From: Acidimicrobiales bacterium
GTDB lineage: Bacteria > Actinomycetota > Acidimicrobiia > Acidimicrobiales > JADJXE01
DNA: 64,000 bases
Direction: 5' to 3'
NCBI GenBank assembly: GCA_016716005.1
Contig: JADJXE010000001.1
Span: 3,440,521 to 3,504,520, forward strand
The number at the start of each line of letters is the position of its first letter. Within the stretch, counting starts at the first letter, position 1. Below the pieces are notes generated by a model. It was not told where the DNA came from and made no database searches. It saw only the letters and a program-made list of their open reading frames with translations. Position numbers and translations under genes: made by a program. Below are positions 35,305 through 44,071 of this stretch, piece after piece.

Positions 35305-36700
35305 ACACCCCACGGCTGGAAGGGGTCAAGCGGCGACGGGGAGGTGGTGGCCCCAGGCGAGGTGCTCCTCGTAGAGCTCGTTGCGTTCGAGGCAGGTGTG
35401 GAGGATGCCGACCCAGCGGTTGGCGAGCTGGCGGAGCGCTTGGCGGTGCGTCTTGTTCCGGGCTCTGAGCTGGTCGTGGTAGCGGCGGGCCCCAGGTGAG
35501 TGGGTGAGGAGCAGAAGGCCCACTGGTCGAGCGCGTCGGCCAAGCGGCGGGGTCGGGCGTGGCGTGCCAGCACGACGTGGGATCGGCCGGACGCCTTGGT
35601 GATGGGTGCGCTGCCGGCGAAGTTCTTGCGACACTTGGCGGTGGCGAAACGGGTTCGGTCATCACCGAACTCGCCCAGCACCCGGGCGCCGAGAACCGTC
35701 CTCAGTCCTGGCAGGGATCGGACGATCTTGGCGTCCGGGTGCTCGTCGAACCCCTCGCCGAGGGCCTCCTCCAGCGCGGCGATCTCCCGGGTCTGCGACA
35801 CGATCACGGCCACCGTGGAGCGGGCCACGACGCCGTAGGCGGCGCTGAGCCGGCCGGGAGCAGCGAGCTGCTCGGACCGCAACGCCGCCTGGATCTCGGC
35901 GGCTCGAGCGTCGACGTTGCGTTGCCGGCCGCCGCGGCGCAACGCCGACGCGATCTTGGACCGGGACAGCAGGCGGCCCTGCTCGGGTGTCGGGGGCGAT
36001 GGCGAGCACCGACGTGGCGTCGCTGCTGGCCAGGTCGGTGCCGAACGCGATCAGCGCAGCCGGGTAGTACTCCCGCAACGCCGACCGGAGGCTGTTCAGA
36101 TGACGTTGCCGGGACCAGATCGCCGACTGGTGGGCCCGGGCCACCACCTTCACCGCTTCCACCAGCTCAGAGTCACCGGCAATGCGGCGATGGTCGTGCC
36201 GGTCGGTGCGGACCAGATCGGCCAGCACCTTGGCGTCGCCCCGGTCCGACTCAGCACCCGACACCCCGTGGCGTTCCCGATAGCGGGCTGACGCCATCGG
36301 GTTCACCGCGTAGACCTCGTAGCCCACCGTGACCAGCGCCCCGACCAGCAGGCCACGGTCCAGTTCGATCCCGACCGCTACGTCACTGGGGTCCTCGGCG
36401 TGTTCAGCCAGCAGCGCGTGCAGCTCCGCGACACCGGCGACACCGTCGCTCACCCGGCGGCGGCCCAGCACAGCGCCCTGGTCGTCGAGCACGCAGACGT
36501 CGTGATGGGCCTCGGCCCAGTCGACGCCAACGAAGATCATCGGACCCCTCCTCTGCTCGATGGGTTGTTGAGCCTCGAGGAGTTCCGCAGCGACCTAATG
36601 GATCAGTGCTCAACGGCACGCCACCCCACAAGCTGTCGACCTCCTCACCGACCAGCAGGGGCACGATCTAGAACTAGAGCTCAAGGCTCGGGCCGAAACA
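35305..36700 (-). mobile_element. IS110-family insertion sequence remnant (boundaries approximate)
   Basis: Carries a DEDD-type IS110 transposase gene. The GC-poorer non-coding end 36541-~36700 contrasts with its surroundings. It sits between the dinB stop and the esterase gene. The 8-mer caccccac occurs at 35306-35313 and 36622-36629 and may mark junctions. Confidence 0.7.
35326..36540 (-). pseudogene. IS110-family transposase disrupted by two compensating frameshifts
   Basis: The N-terminus MIFVGVDWAEAHHDVCVLDD...LAIAP is in frame A. The middle PPTPEQGRLLSRSKIASALRRGGRQRNVDARAAEIQAAL...LPGLRTVLGARVLGEFGDD...DQWAFCS is in frame B. The C-terminus LTHSPGARRYHDQLRARNKTHRQALRQLANRWVGILH is back in frame A. 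The switches lie near 35992-35996 (G5 run) and ~35503-35512. Confidence 0.8.
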
Positions 36701-36796
36701 GTGCTGCCCTGCTGGCGGCTCGGTGACCAGCCTGCCCGAAGGCCGAACCGATCGGACCCCATTAGGCCGAACGCGCCCCGCGATACGGTCCAGGCC

Positions 36797-37876
36797 ATGG
36801 TGATGGCAGACCGACCCGAGGTGGAGACGGCCTCGGCGCCGATCGCGGCCCTCGACCTGCTCGGGCTCGGTCAGCAGATCCTGGGCGCGCTGGCCCGCGT
36901 GCCGTTCCGCCGGCCTTGGGCGGGGCCGTCGACGCTGCCCGCGAACATGGGCGCCGCCGTCACCCGCGAGGTGCTGCGGACGTTCATGGGCTACGCGTCG
37001 TCGCTGCGCATCGAGGAGTTCCGGTCGGTCGAGCTCGTGCTCGACGAGCTGTGCCGGGTGGTGATGCCGCCGGTGGTGGCCTTGAAGGACGTCGCGACGT
37101 TCTCCGGCACGGTGGGCGGCGTGCCCGGCATCTGGTACCGGCCCAAGCAGGGCGAGGCGGTCGGCACCATCCTGTACCTCCACGGCGGCGGCTACATCGG
37201 CACGTCGCCGAACATGTACGCGTTCTTCTCGGCCGCGCTGGCGCGAGAGACCGAGTGCGAGATCTTCGTGGCCGACTACCGGCTCGCCCCGGAGTTCCCG
37301 TTCCCGGCACCGCTCGACGACGCCGTGGCCGTGCTCACCGCCCTCGAGCGGGAGGGCCGGGACCCGGCCAGCCTCTTCGTGGCCGGCGACTCCGGCGGTG
37401 GTGGGCTGGCCAGCTCGCTCGTGCTCACCACCGAGTACAACCACCTGCCCACGCCGGCCGGGGTGATCCTGTTCTCGCCCGAGGTCGACCTCCGGCTGGA
37501 CGAGCCCTCGGTGACCGAGAACGCCAGGTACGACATCCTGCCGTGGAACATCCCCACCTCGTCGTACCTGCACGGCCAGGACGCCAGCAGCCAGTTCGTG
37601 TCGCCGGTCGACGCCGAGGACCTGTCGCGGTACCCGCCGACCCTCGTGGCGTTCGGCGACGAGGAGATGTTCCGCGACCCGATCCGGCGCTTCGTCGAGC
37701 GGCTCGACGCAGCCGGGGTGCCGACCGTGGACCTCGAGGAGCCCGGCATGTTCCACGTGTTCCCCATCCTGATGCCGTGGTCCGACGCTGCCCGCCGGGT
37801 CCACCGGGCGGTGCGCACCTTCGTCCACGAACGTGTCCGCGAGGCCGGGCGGGCCCCGGGCGATGACGTCGGCTGA
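36797..37876 (+). CDS. alpha/beta hydrolase, hormone-sensitive-lipase-type esterase
   Basis: ATG 36797. Oxyanion motif LHGGGY, nucleophile elbow GDSGGG and a C-terminal His region. Confidence 0.85.
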   Translation: MVMADRPEVETASAPIAALDLLGLGQQILGALARVPFRRPWAGPSTLPANMGAAVTREVLRTFMGYASSLRIEEFRSVELVLDELCRVVMPPVVALKDVATFSGTVGGVPGIWYRPKQGEAVGTILYLHGGGYIGTSPNMYAFFSAALARETECEIFVADYRLAPEFPFPAPLDDAVAVLTALEREGRDPASLFVAGDSGGGGLASSLVLTTEYNHLPTPAGVILFSPEVDLRLDEPSVTENARYDILPWNIPTSSYLHGQDASSQFVSPVDAEDLSRYPPTLVAFGDEEMFRDPIRRFVERLDAAGVPTVDLEEPGMFHVFPILMPWSDAARRVHRAVRTFVHERVREAGRAPGDDVG

Positions 37877-38012
37877 CGGCCGGCGGCTCTCGCGCCAGGC
37901 CGACCACGTCGCCCTGACTCCCGCCGGGGGTGACCGCACGCGTTGTTGAGCCGCGGACCGTGTGCGAAGATGGCGTGTGGGGAGGTTCCCACACGGGCGC
38001 AAGGGGTACGGC

Positions 38013-38387
38013 GTGCCGCTTTCTGAAGACGAGCAGCGCATCCTCCAGCAGATCGAGCAGCAGTTCTACGAGAGCGACCCCGAGTTCGCCCGCGAGGTCA
38101 GCTCGACCACGCTGTACCGGCACGCGTTCCGCAACCTGAAGTGGGCGACCCTCGGGTTCGTCGGGGGCGTGGTCGTGCTGATCGCGACGCTGTCGGTCTC
38201 GGTGCTGCTCGCCTTCGGTGGGTTCCTGATCATGCTGGCCTGCGCCTTCGTGTTCGAGCGCAACGCCCGCAAGATGGGTCGGGCCGGGCTGCAGCAGGTC
38301 ACCCAGTCACCCAAGGCCAGCGGCCTGCGGGACGCCTTCGGTAGCGCCGGCAAGCGCATGCGCGACCGCTTCCGCCGCGACGAGTAG
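38013..38387 (+). CDS. DUF3040-domain membrane protein
   Basis: GTG 38013 follows aagggg. PLSEDEQRILQQIEQQFYESDPEFA plus two TM helices. This family typically lies upstream of actinobacterial dcw clusters. Confidence 0.75.
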   Translation: MPLSEDEQRILQQIEQQFYESDPEFAREVSSTTLYRHAFRNLKWATLGFVGGVVVLIATLSVSVLLAFGGFLIMLACAFVFERNARKMGRAGLQQVTQSPKASGLRDAFGSAGKRMRDRFRRDE

Positions 38388-38425
38388 CGGCCCCGGCCGG
38401 CCTCCCGTCACGCTCGTCGGCCGGC

Positions 38426-40786
38426 TCAGCCCCGCCAGGTTCCGTGGGCGGCCTCGGCCACGCTTCGCCGTCGTGCCCGCCGGCTCACCAGGTCGCGGGG
38501 GTCGAGGGCCGCGCGCAGGCGCGTGCGTGGGGGCACGGTAGCGGCGACGGTGGCACGGATGTGGGCCGCGTCCTCCTCGGCCCGGCGGACGACGGCGGCG
38601 GGCAGGTCGGCCTGTCCATAGTCGGCGGCGGCCGCGGCGTCGGCGAGGCGTCGGGCCGCGTCGGCCGCCGGGGGCAGGAGGGCGCCGGCCCGGCGCGCCA
38701 GCTCGTGTCGCGTCTCGGCCGGACGAGGTGCCAAGCCGGCCACCCGCAGGGCGTCGAGCGCCTCCGACCACGCCAGCACGACCCGCGCCGCTCCGGTGTC
38801 GGCGCGCGCCCGGTGCCGGGCCCGGACCGCGGCCCGGAGGCCGGGCACCATGAGCGCCCACAGCCCGGCCACGCCGAGGAGGACCAGCAGCACCGTGAGG
38901 AACCGGCCCGGCCAGGGTGAGCCCGCATCCGCACCACCGGCGGCGCCGGCGGCGCCGCTGTCCTCGGGCACCAGGCCCCCGAGGGCGTCCAGCTCGTCCT
39001 GGCTCAGCGTGGTGCCGGGACCGCCGGGGGCGACGGTGGTCGACGTCGTCGTGGTGGTCGTCGCCTGCCCCGGGCCCGGCTCGGCGATGCCCGTGTAGCC
39101 CTCGGCCCCTGGCGCCGACCGCCCGGGCGTCGGTTCGAAGGGCACCCACCCCACCCCGGCGAGCCACACCTCGGGCCAGGCGTGCGCATGCTCGCCCCGG
39201 ACCAGGTACGTACCGGGCGCGACCAGCTCGCCGGGGGTGAAGCCGACCGCCACCCGGGCCGGGAGTCCCACGGCCCGCGCCATCGCCGCGAACGTGCCCG
39301 CGAACTGCTCGCAGTAGCCGCGGCGGTCGGTGAGGAACGAGAGGATCGCGTCCTCGTCGTGGCCGGGCCGGACGTCGGTGTCGTACACGAACCCGGACCG
39401 GAAGAAGTCCTGGAGCGCGAGCGCCTGCTCGTAGGGGGTGGCCGCGGTGGCGGTGAGCTGGAGGGCCAGGTCGCGCACCTCCACCGGCAGGTCGTCGGGC
39501 AGCTCGAGGTAGCGCGAGGTGATCGACTCGGGCGCCCCCGGCGGTGCGTCGATCACGGCGGTGGGGTCGAGCACCGGGATGGCCGACGTCACCTCGTACG
39601 TCTGGCCGTCCGAGGTCTCCTGGCCGGTCACCAGGCTGGCCGACTCCGGGTCGAAGCGGACGTCGGTGCCGCCCTCGACGTGGATCGGGGCGAAGGCGGC
39701 GGGCAGCCAGATGCTGGCCAGCTCGGCGATCGTGAACCGCTGGGTCACCGGCAGGGTCCGCTGTCGGGGCTGGGGCAGCGTGGGGACGGGCAGGTTGCCG
39801 GCGGCATCGCGGTACGTGCCCTCGGACGACCACACCTCGCCGTCGAAGACGTCGAGCGAGGTGAGCCGCCAGTAGGACGAGACCGCCGACTCCACGGTGA
39901 ACGCCTCGACCGACGACTGCTGGACCAGGCGACCCCGGACGTCGACGAGCGGGCTCACGGTGATCCGGGTGCCCCGTCCGCCGCTCTTCCAGTCGACGAG
40001 GGGGGGCTCGCCCGCGCCGGGCAGGGCCGGGCCGACGAGCAGCCCGAGGGCGATCGCGCCCAGCGCCACCACACCGCCCGCCCGCAGGAGGGAGCCGGCG
40101 ACCGCCGGCCGCCGGCTGCCGGCGAGCCACCCCGGTCCGGTCGCCTGGCGCTGGGCCCGGTACGCGAGGACGAACAGCAGGCACGAGCCGAGGTAGAGCG
40201 CGCTGAGCGGGAGCCGGTACTGGTCGGCGCTCAGCATCGAGGCGAACACGAACAGCACCCCGGACGGCACGAGGGCCTCGAAACCGCCGCGGAGCCGGAA
40301 GGCGAGGGTGTCGGCCGCGATCGCCGCAGCCCACGCCCCGAAGGCGCCGGCGACGATCCAGCCCGTCTCGGCGCGCACCGGTGCGACGACGGTGGGGAAC
40401 TGACGCCATGCATCGCGGAGGTCGGCGGCCATGGCGTCCCACACCGCCGGGCGCGGCAGGCCGAACGAGCCCACCTCGCGGTAGCGCAGCAGGCCCAGCA
40501 CCACCAGGGCGACGCCTGCCGAAGCCAGCACCGGCACCATCACCGGCCAGCGGAGCCTGCGGCCGGCGACGGCCACGGCGTGGGTGACCAGGGCCACGAT
40601 GGCCAGCGGACCCAGGAAGGACCAGCCCACGAACAGGCGACCGAAGCCGGCCAGCGCGCTGAGCGTCACCAGGGTGAGGGCCAGCTCGGCCGCATCGGGC
40701 ATCCTGCCGTGCCAGCCGCCACCGGGGGGGTGCGGGGCCGCCGGGTCCGGCCGGCGGGTTGCCGGCGGTGACGCCACCGAGGTCAT
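38426..40786 (-). CDS. transglutaminase-like membrane protein (DUF3488 / TGase core / DUF4129-like)
   Basis: Starts at ATG 40786. N-terminal multi-TM region. Cys-His-Asp core RRGYCEQFAGTFAAMARAVGLPARVAVGF...GEHAHAWPEVWLAGVGWVPFEPT. Thr-rich linker, then a C-terminal TM plus a helical tail. Confidence 0.85.
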   Translation of the reverse strand: MTSVASPPATRRPDPAAPHPPGGGWHGRMPDAAELALTLVTLSALAGFGRLFVGWSFLGPLAIVALVTHAVAVAGRRLRWPVMVPVLASAGVALVVLGLLRYREVGSFGLPRPAVWDAMAADLRDAWRQFPTVVAPVRAETGWIVAGAFGAWAAAIAADTLAFRLRGGFEALVPSGVLFVFASMLSADQYRLPLSALYLGSCLLFVLAYRAQRQATGPGWLAGSRRPAVAGSLLRAGGVVALGAIALGLLVGPALPGAGEPPLVDWKSGGRGTRITVSPLVDVRGRLVQQSSVEAFTVESAVSSYWRLTSLDVFDGEVWSSEGTYRDAAGNLPVPTLPQPRQRTLPVTQRFTIAELASIWLPAAFAPIHVEGGTDVRFDPESASLVTGQETSDGQTYEVTSAIPVLDPTAVIDAPPGAPESITSRYLELPDDLPVEVRDLALQLTATAATPYEQALALQDFFRSGFVYDTDVRPGHDEDAILSFLTDRRGYCEQFAGTFAAMARAVGLPARVAVGFTPGELVAPGTYLVRGEHAHAWPEVWLAGVGWVPFEPTPGRSAPGAEGYTGIAEPGPGQATTTTTTSTTVAPGGPGTTLSQDELDALGGLVPEDSGAAGAAGGADAGSPWPGRFLTVLLVLLGVAGLWALMVPGLRAAVRARHRARADTGAARVVLAWSEALDALRVAGLAPRPAETRHELARRAGALLPPAADAARRLADAAAAADYGQADLPAAVVRRAEEDAAHIRATVAATVPPRTRLRAALDPRDLVSRRARRRSVAEAAHGTWRG

Positions 40787-40796
40787 GGTCGCACCC

Positions 40797-42011
40797 TCAT
40801 CGCACGGCCCCGACGGCGGCCGGGCGAGCCCGCAGGACGGAGGCCCGCCACGCGTCCGGGAAGGGCCGGCCGGCCCGCACCCGGATCTCGTCGGCTCCGG
40901 GGGCCGGGCGGGGGGCGGGCTCGCGCGCCGTCGGGTCCCACGACGTGGGTTCGAACACCACCGTCGAGACCGAGCCGTAGCCGCTGCGCAGGCGGGCGAT
41001 GGCGTCGAGGTCGCTGGCCGGCGCCCGGGCCACGATCGCCACGAGCGCCCCGCCGTGAGCCGATCGGGCCAGCACCCCCAGGGTGGCGCGCAGGTTGCTG
41101 GCGTCGGAGGCCTGCAGGGTGGCGAGGTGCTCGACGATGGCGTCGACGTGGCGTTGCCCCTCGGCGAAGCCCACGTCGACACCATCGGTCGCCACGAACC
41201 GCACCAGGTCGCGGCGTCGCCAGCAGGCCGCCACCACGCTGGCCGCCGCAGACACCGCCAGCTCGAGCGATGCGGGGGTGTGCGCCGCCCGGCGGACGTC
41301 GAGCAGCACGGTGGTGCGCGCCTGCCAGGGGAGCTCGTCCTGGCGGACGAGCAGCTCGTCGTGGTGGGCCGTCGACCGCCAGTGCACGCGGCGCAGGTCG
41401 TCGCCCACCACGTAGGGGCGGAGGGCGTAGAAGTCGTCGCCGGCGCGCCCGCTGGCCTTGGGGTGCACCGAACCGGCGTGCGGGTCGAGGGCGCGGGTCT
41501 CGGGCAGGGGCGGGATCTGGTCGACGTGGGGGAGCACCGTGAGCTCCGTGCGGCTGCCCGCGCCGGCCGCGGCGGCGCGCACGCTGGCCAGCCCGAACGG
41601 GTCGACGATCTCCACGCCGAGCGGGCCGAGCTCGATCACCCCCCGATGCGAGGTCGGCAGCCGGTACGAGGCCGCCGCGCTCGCTCCCGATGCCAGCGGT
41701 GCGAGCTGCAGGGTGGCGCCGCCGGTGCCCGACACCGGGTCGCGCAGCCGCAGCACCGGCGTGCGTCGCCGGCCCAGGTTCGTGGCCCGCACCTCCACGC
41801 GTGCGGCGGCGCCGGCGTGGACCCGGGCCGGGTGGACCTCGCGGGCGACCTCGAGGCGCAGCCGGGAGAGGTGCACGAGCAGCAGGGACACCCCGACCAG
41901 CGCCAGCACGCCGGCACCCAGCACGAACAGCTCGAGGAGGCCGAGGAGCCGGCCGGCGACGATGAGCGCCGCGCCCCCGGCCAGTGCGAGCCAGCCCGCT
42001 CGCGTCAGCAC
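40797..42011 (-). CDS. DUF58-domain protein
   Basis: GTG 42011. Two N-terminal TM helices. DDFYALRPYVVGDDLRRVHWRSTAHHDELLVRQ is the DUF58 signature. Confidence 0.85.
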   Translation of the reverse strand: MLTRAGWLALAGGAALIVAGRLLGLLELFVLGAGVLALVGVSLLLVHLSRLRLEVAREVHPARVHAGAAARVEVRATNLGRRRTPVLRLRDPVSGTGGATLQLAPLASGASAAASYRLPTSHRGVIELGPLGVEIVDPFGLASVRAAAAGAGSRTELTVLPHVDQIPPLPETRALDPHAGSVHPKASGRAGDDFYALRPYVVGDDLRRVHWRSTAHHDELLVRQDELPWQARTTVLLDVRRAAHTPASLELAVSAAASVVAACWRRRDLVRFVATDGVDVGFAEGQRHVDAIVEHLATLQASDASNLRATLGVLARSAHGGALVAIVARAPASDLDAIARLRSGYGSVSTVVFEPTSWDPTAREPAPRPAPGADEIRVRAGRPFPDAWRASVLRARPAAVGAVR

Positions 42012-42025
42012 CGCGGCGGCCCCGC

Positions 42026-42997
42026 CTACACCCGCCCGGTGGGCACCGCGACCGTGCGGAGCAGGTCGTCGACCACCCCTGACGCGTCGATCCCCTGGAG
42101 CTGGGCCTCGGGGGTGAGCACCAGGCGGTGGGCGAGCACCGGTCCGGCCAGGGCCTTCACGTCGTCGGGTACCACGTAGGCGCGCCCCGAGGCCGCCGCC
42201 CGGGAGCGGGCGGCCCGCAGCAGGCTGAGCGTGGCGCGGGGCGACATGCCGAGCGTGAGGGCGGCATGTCGCCGGCTGGTGTCGGCCAGGTCGACGAGGT
42301 ACGACTTGATGGCCGGCGCCACGTGGATCGTCCGAACGGCGCGGACCATGGCGAGCACGTCGTCGGCGCGCAGCACGGGGCGCACGTCGGGCACGGCGCT
42401 GCGGTCGCCGTGCGTGTCGAGGATCTCCAGCTCGGCGGCTCGGTGCGGGTAGCCCACCGACACGCGCATGAGGAAGCGGTCGAGCTGGCTCTCGGGCAGC
42501 GGGTACGTGCCCTCGTGGTCGATCGGGTTCTGGGTGGCGAGCACCATGAAGGGCGCGTCGAGCGGATAGGTGGTGCCGTCGACGGTCACCTGGCGCTCCT
42601 CCATCACCTCGAGGAGCGCCGACTGGGTCTTCGGCGAGGCCCGGTTGATCTCGTCGCCCAGGACCACGTTGGCGAAGATCGGGCCCTGTCGGAACTCGAA
42701 GGCTCCCGTGGCCCGGTTCCAGATCGTGACCCCGACCACGTCGGAGGGGAGGAGGTCGGGTGTGAACTGCACGCGACCCCACGTGCCCTCGATCGAGGCC
42801 GCCAGCGCCTTGGCCAGGCTGGTCTTGCCCACGCCGGGGACGTCCTCCACGAGCAGGTGGCCCTCCGAGACCAGGCACACCAGCGCCATCTCGATCACGT
42901 CGCGCTTGCCCCGGATGACCTGCTCGATGTTGGTGGCCAGCGCCTCGAACAGCTCGGCGAAGGTGCCCGTAGGGGCGGGCGCGTGCGGCAGTGCCAC
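42026..42997 (-). CDS. moxR: MoxR-family AAA+ ATPase
   Basis: GTG 42997 lies 8 nt after gaggag. Walker A DVPGVGKT, Walker B VVLGDEINR, and ATQNP. Confidence 0.9.
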   Translation of the reverse strand: MALPHAPAPTGTFAELFEALATNIEQVIRGKRDVIEMALVCLVSEGHLLVEDVPGVGKTSLAKALAASIEGTWGRVQFTPDLLPSDVVGVTIWNRATGAFEFRQGPIFANVVLGDEINRASPKTQSALLEVMEERQVTVDGTTYPLDAPFMVLATQNPIDHEGTYPLPESQLDRFLMRVSVGYPHRAAELEILDTHGDRSAVPDVRPVLRADDVLAMVRAVRTIHVAPAIKSYLVDLADTSRRHAALTLGMSPRATLSLLRAARSRAAASGRAYVVPDDVKALAGPVLAHRLVLTPEAQLQGIDASGVVDDLLRTVAVPTGRV

Positions 42998-43148
42998 CGT
43001 GGTCGCTCCTCGGCTCGGCGCGGGTGAGAGGGGTCGGTGAGGCCAGCGTACGCGCCCGAGCGGGCAACGCCGCCTCACCGGAGGGCTCCGGCGCCGGGTC
43101 GTCGGGCGCCGCGAGAGGACCGGCGGCGCGGCGCGTACCCTTCGCCCC

Positions 43149-44051
43149 GTGCCGTGGGCGCTCGCCGTCGACATCGGGGGGACCAAGCTGGCTGCCGGCC
43201 TGGTCGACCACGAGGGCTCCATCGCCGTCGAGGAGCGGGTGCCCACTGGTGAGCCGTCCCGGCCGGACGAGCTGTGGGCGTCCGTGCTGGCGGTCGTCGA
43301 CGCGGTGCTGGCGGCCGCTCCGGAACCGCCGGTGGTGTGCGGCGTCGGCTGCGGGGGGCCCATGAGCCCCGGTGGTGCCGACGTGTCGCCCCTCAACATC
43401 CCGGCCTGGCGGGCGTTCCCCCTGCGCTCGCGCCTCGGTTCGCGCACGGGCCTGCCCACCTTCGTGGACAACGACGCCAAGGCGTTGGCGCTGGCCGAGG
43501 GCTGGCTGGGCGCGGCCCGGGGGACCGGCGACTACGTCGCGATGGTCGTGTCGACCGGCGTGGGGGGTGGCGTCGTGGTCGACGGGCGGCTGCTCGACGG
43601 AGCCACCGGCAACGCCGGCCACATCGGCCACGTGATCGTGGAGCCCGACGGCCGGCGGTGCGGTTGCGGGGCCCGAGGCTGCCTCGAGGCCGAAGCCTCC
43701 GGCCTGGCCATCCAGGCGGTCACGGGCCGGCCGCCGGCCGACGCGGGCCCCGAGGTGATCCGGCGCACGGGCCGGCTCGTGGGCCGGGCCGTGGCGTCGG
43801 TCGTCTCGCTGCTCGACCTGCGCCTGGCCGTGGTGGCGGGTTCGGTGGCCCTCGGCTTCGGCACCCCGTTCTTCGATGCGGCCCAGGCCGAGCTCGAGGC
43901 CCGGGCCCGCATCTCCTACGCCGCCGGCGCCCGGATCCGGCCCGCCGGGCTGGGAGGGGAGGGGCCGCTGGTGGGAGCCGCAGCGGTGGGCTGGCGGGGG
44001 TACGGGCTCGACCTCCACCTGGGGTCCGATCGGGGCCCGGTGGCCCGGTGA
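43149..44051 (+). CDS. ROK-family protein (sugar kinase or regulator-like, no HTH)
   Basis: 300 aa. AVDIGGTKLAAG, DNDAKALA and the Zn motif GHIGHVIVEPDGRRCGCGARGCLE. Confidence 0.8.
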   Translation: MPWALAVDIGGTKLAAGLVDHEGSIAVEERVPTGEPSRPDELWASVLAVVDAVLAAAPEPPVVCGVGCGGPMSPGGADVSPLNIPAWRAFPLRSRLGSRTGLPTFVDNDAKALALAEGWLGAARGTGDYVAMVVSTGVGGGVVVDGRLLDGATGNAGHIGHVIVEPDGRRCGCGARGCLEAEASGLAIQAVTGRPPADAGPEVIRRTGRLVGRAVASVVSLLDLRLAVVAGSVALGFGTPFFDAAQAELEARARISYAAGARIRPAGLGGEGPLVGAAAVGWRGYGLDLHLGSDRGPVAR

Positions 44052-44071
44052 CCGCGCGGTAACCTCGCCGC

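Noticed and set aside
35326-36540. Programmed ribosomal frameshifting in the IS transposase.
   Set aside because: The IS110 family is not known to use programmed frameshifting. Two separate shifts in opposite directions and the absence of a slippery heptamer argue for decay or sequencing error.
36701-36796. Longer 391-aa version of the esterase ORF starting at 36701.
   Set aside because: The extra 32 codons overlap the presumed IS end and intergenic region and lack any family similarity. ATG 36797 gives a normal N-terminus.
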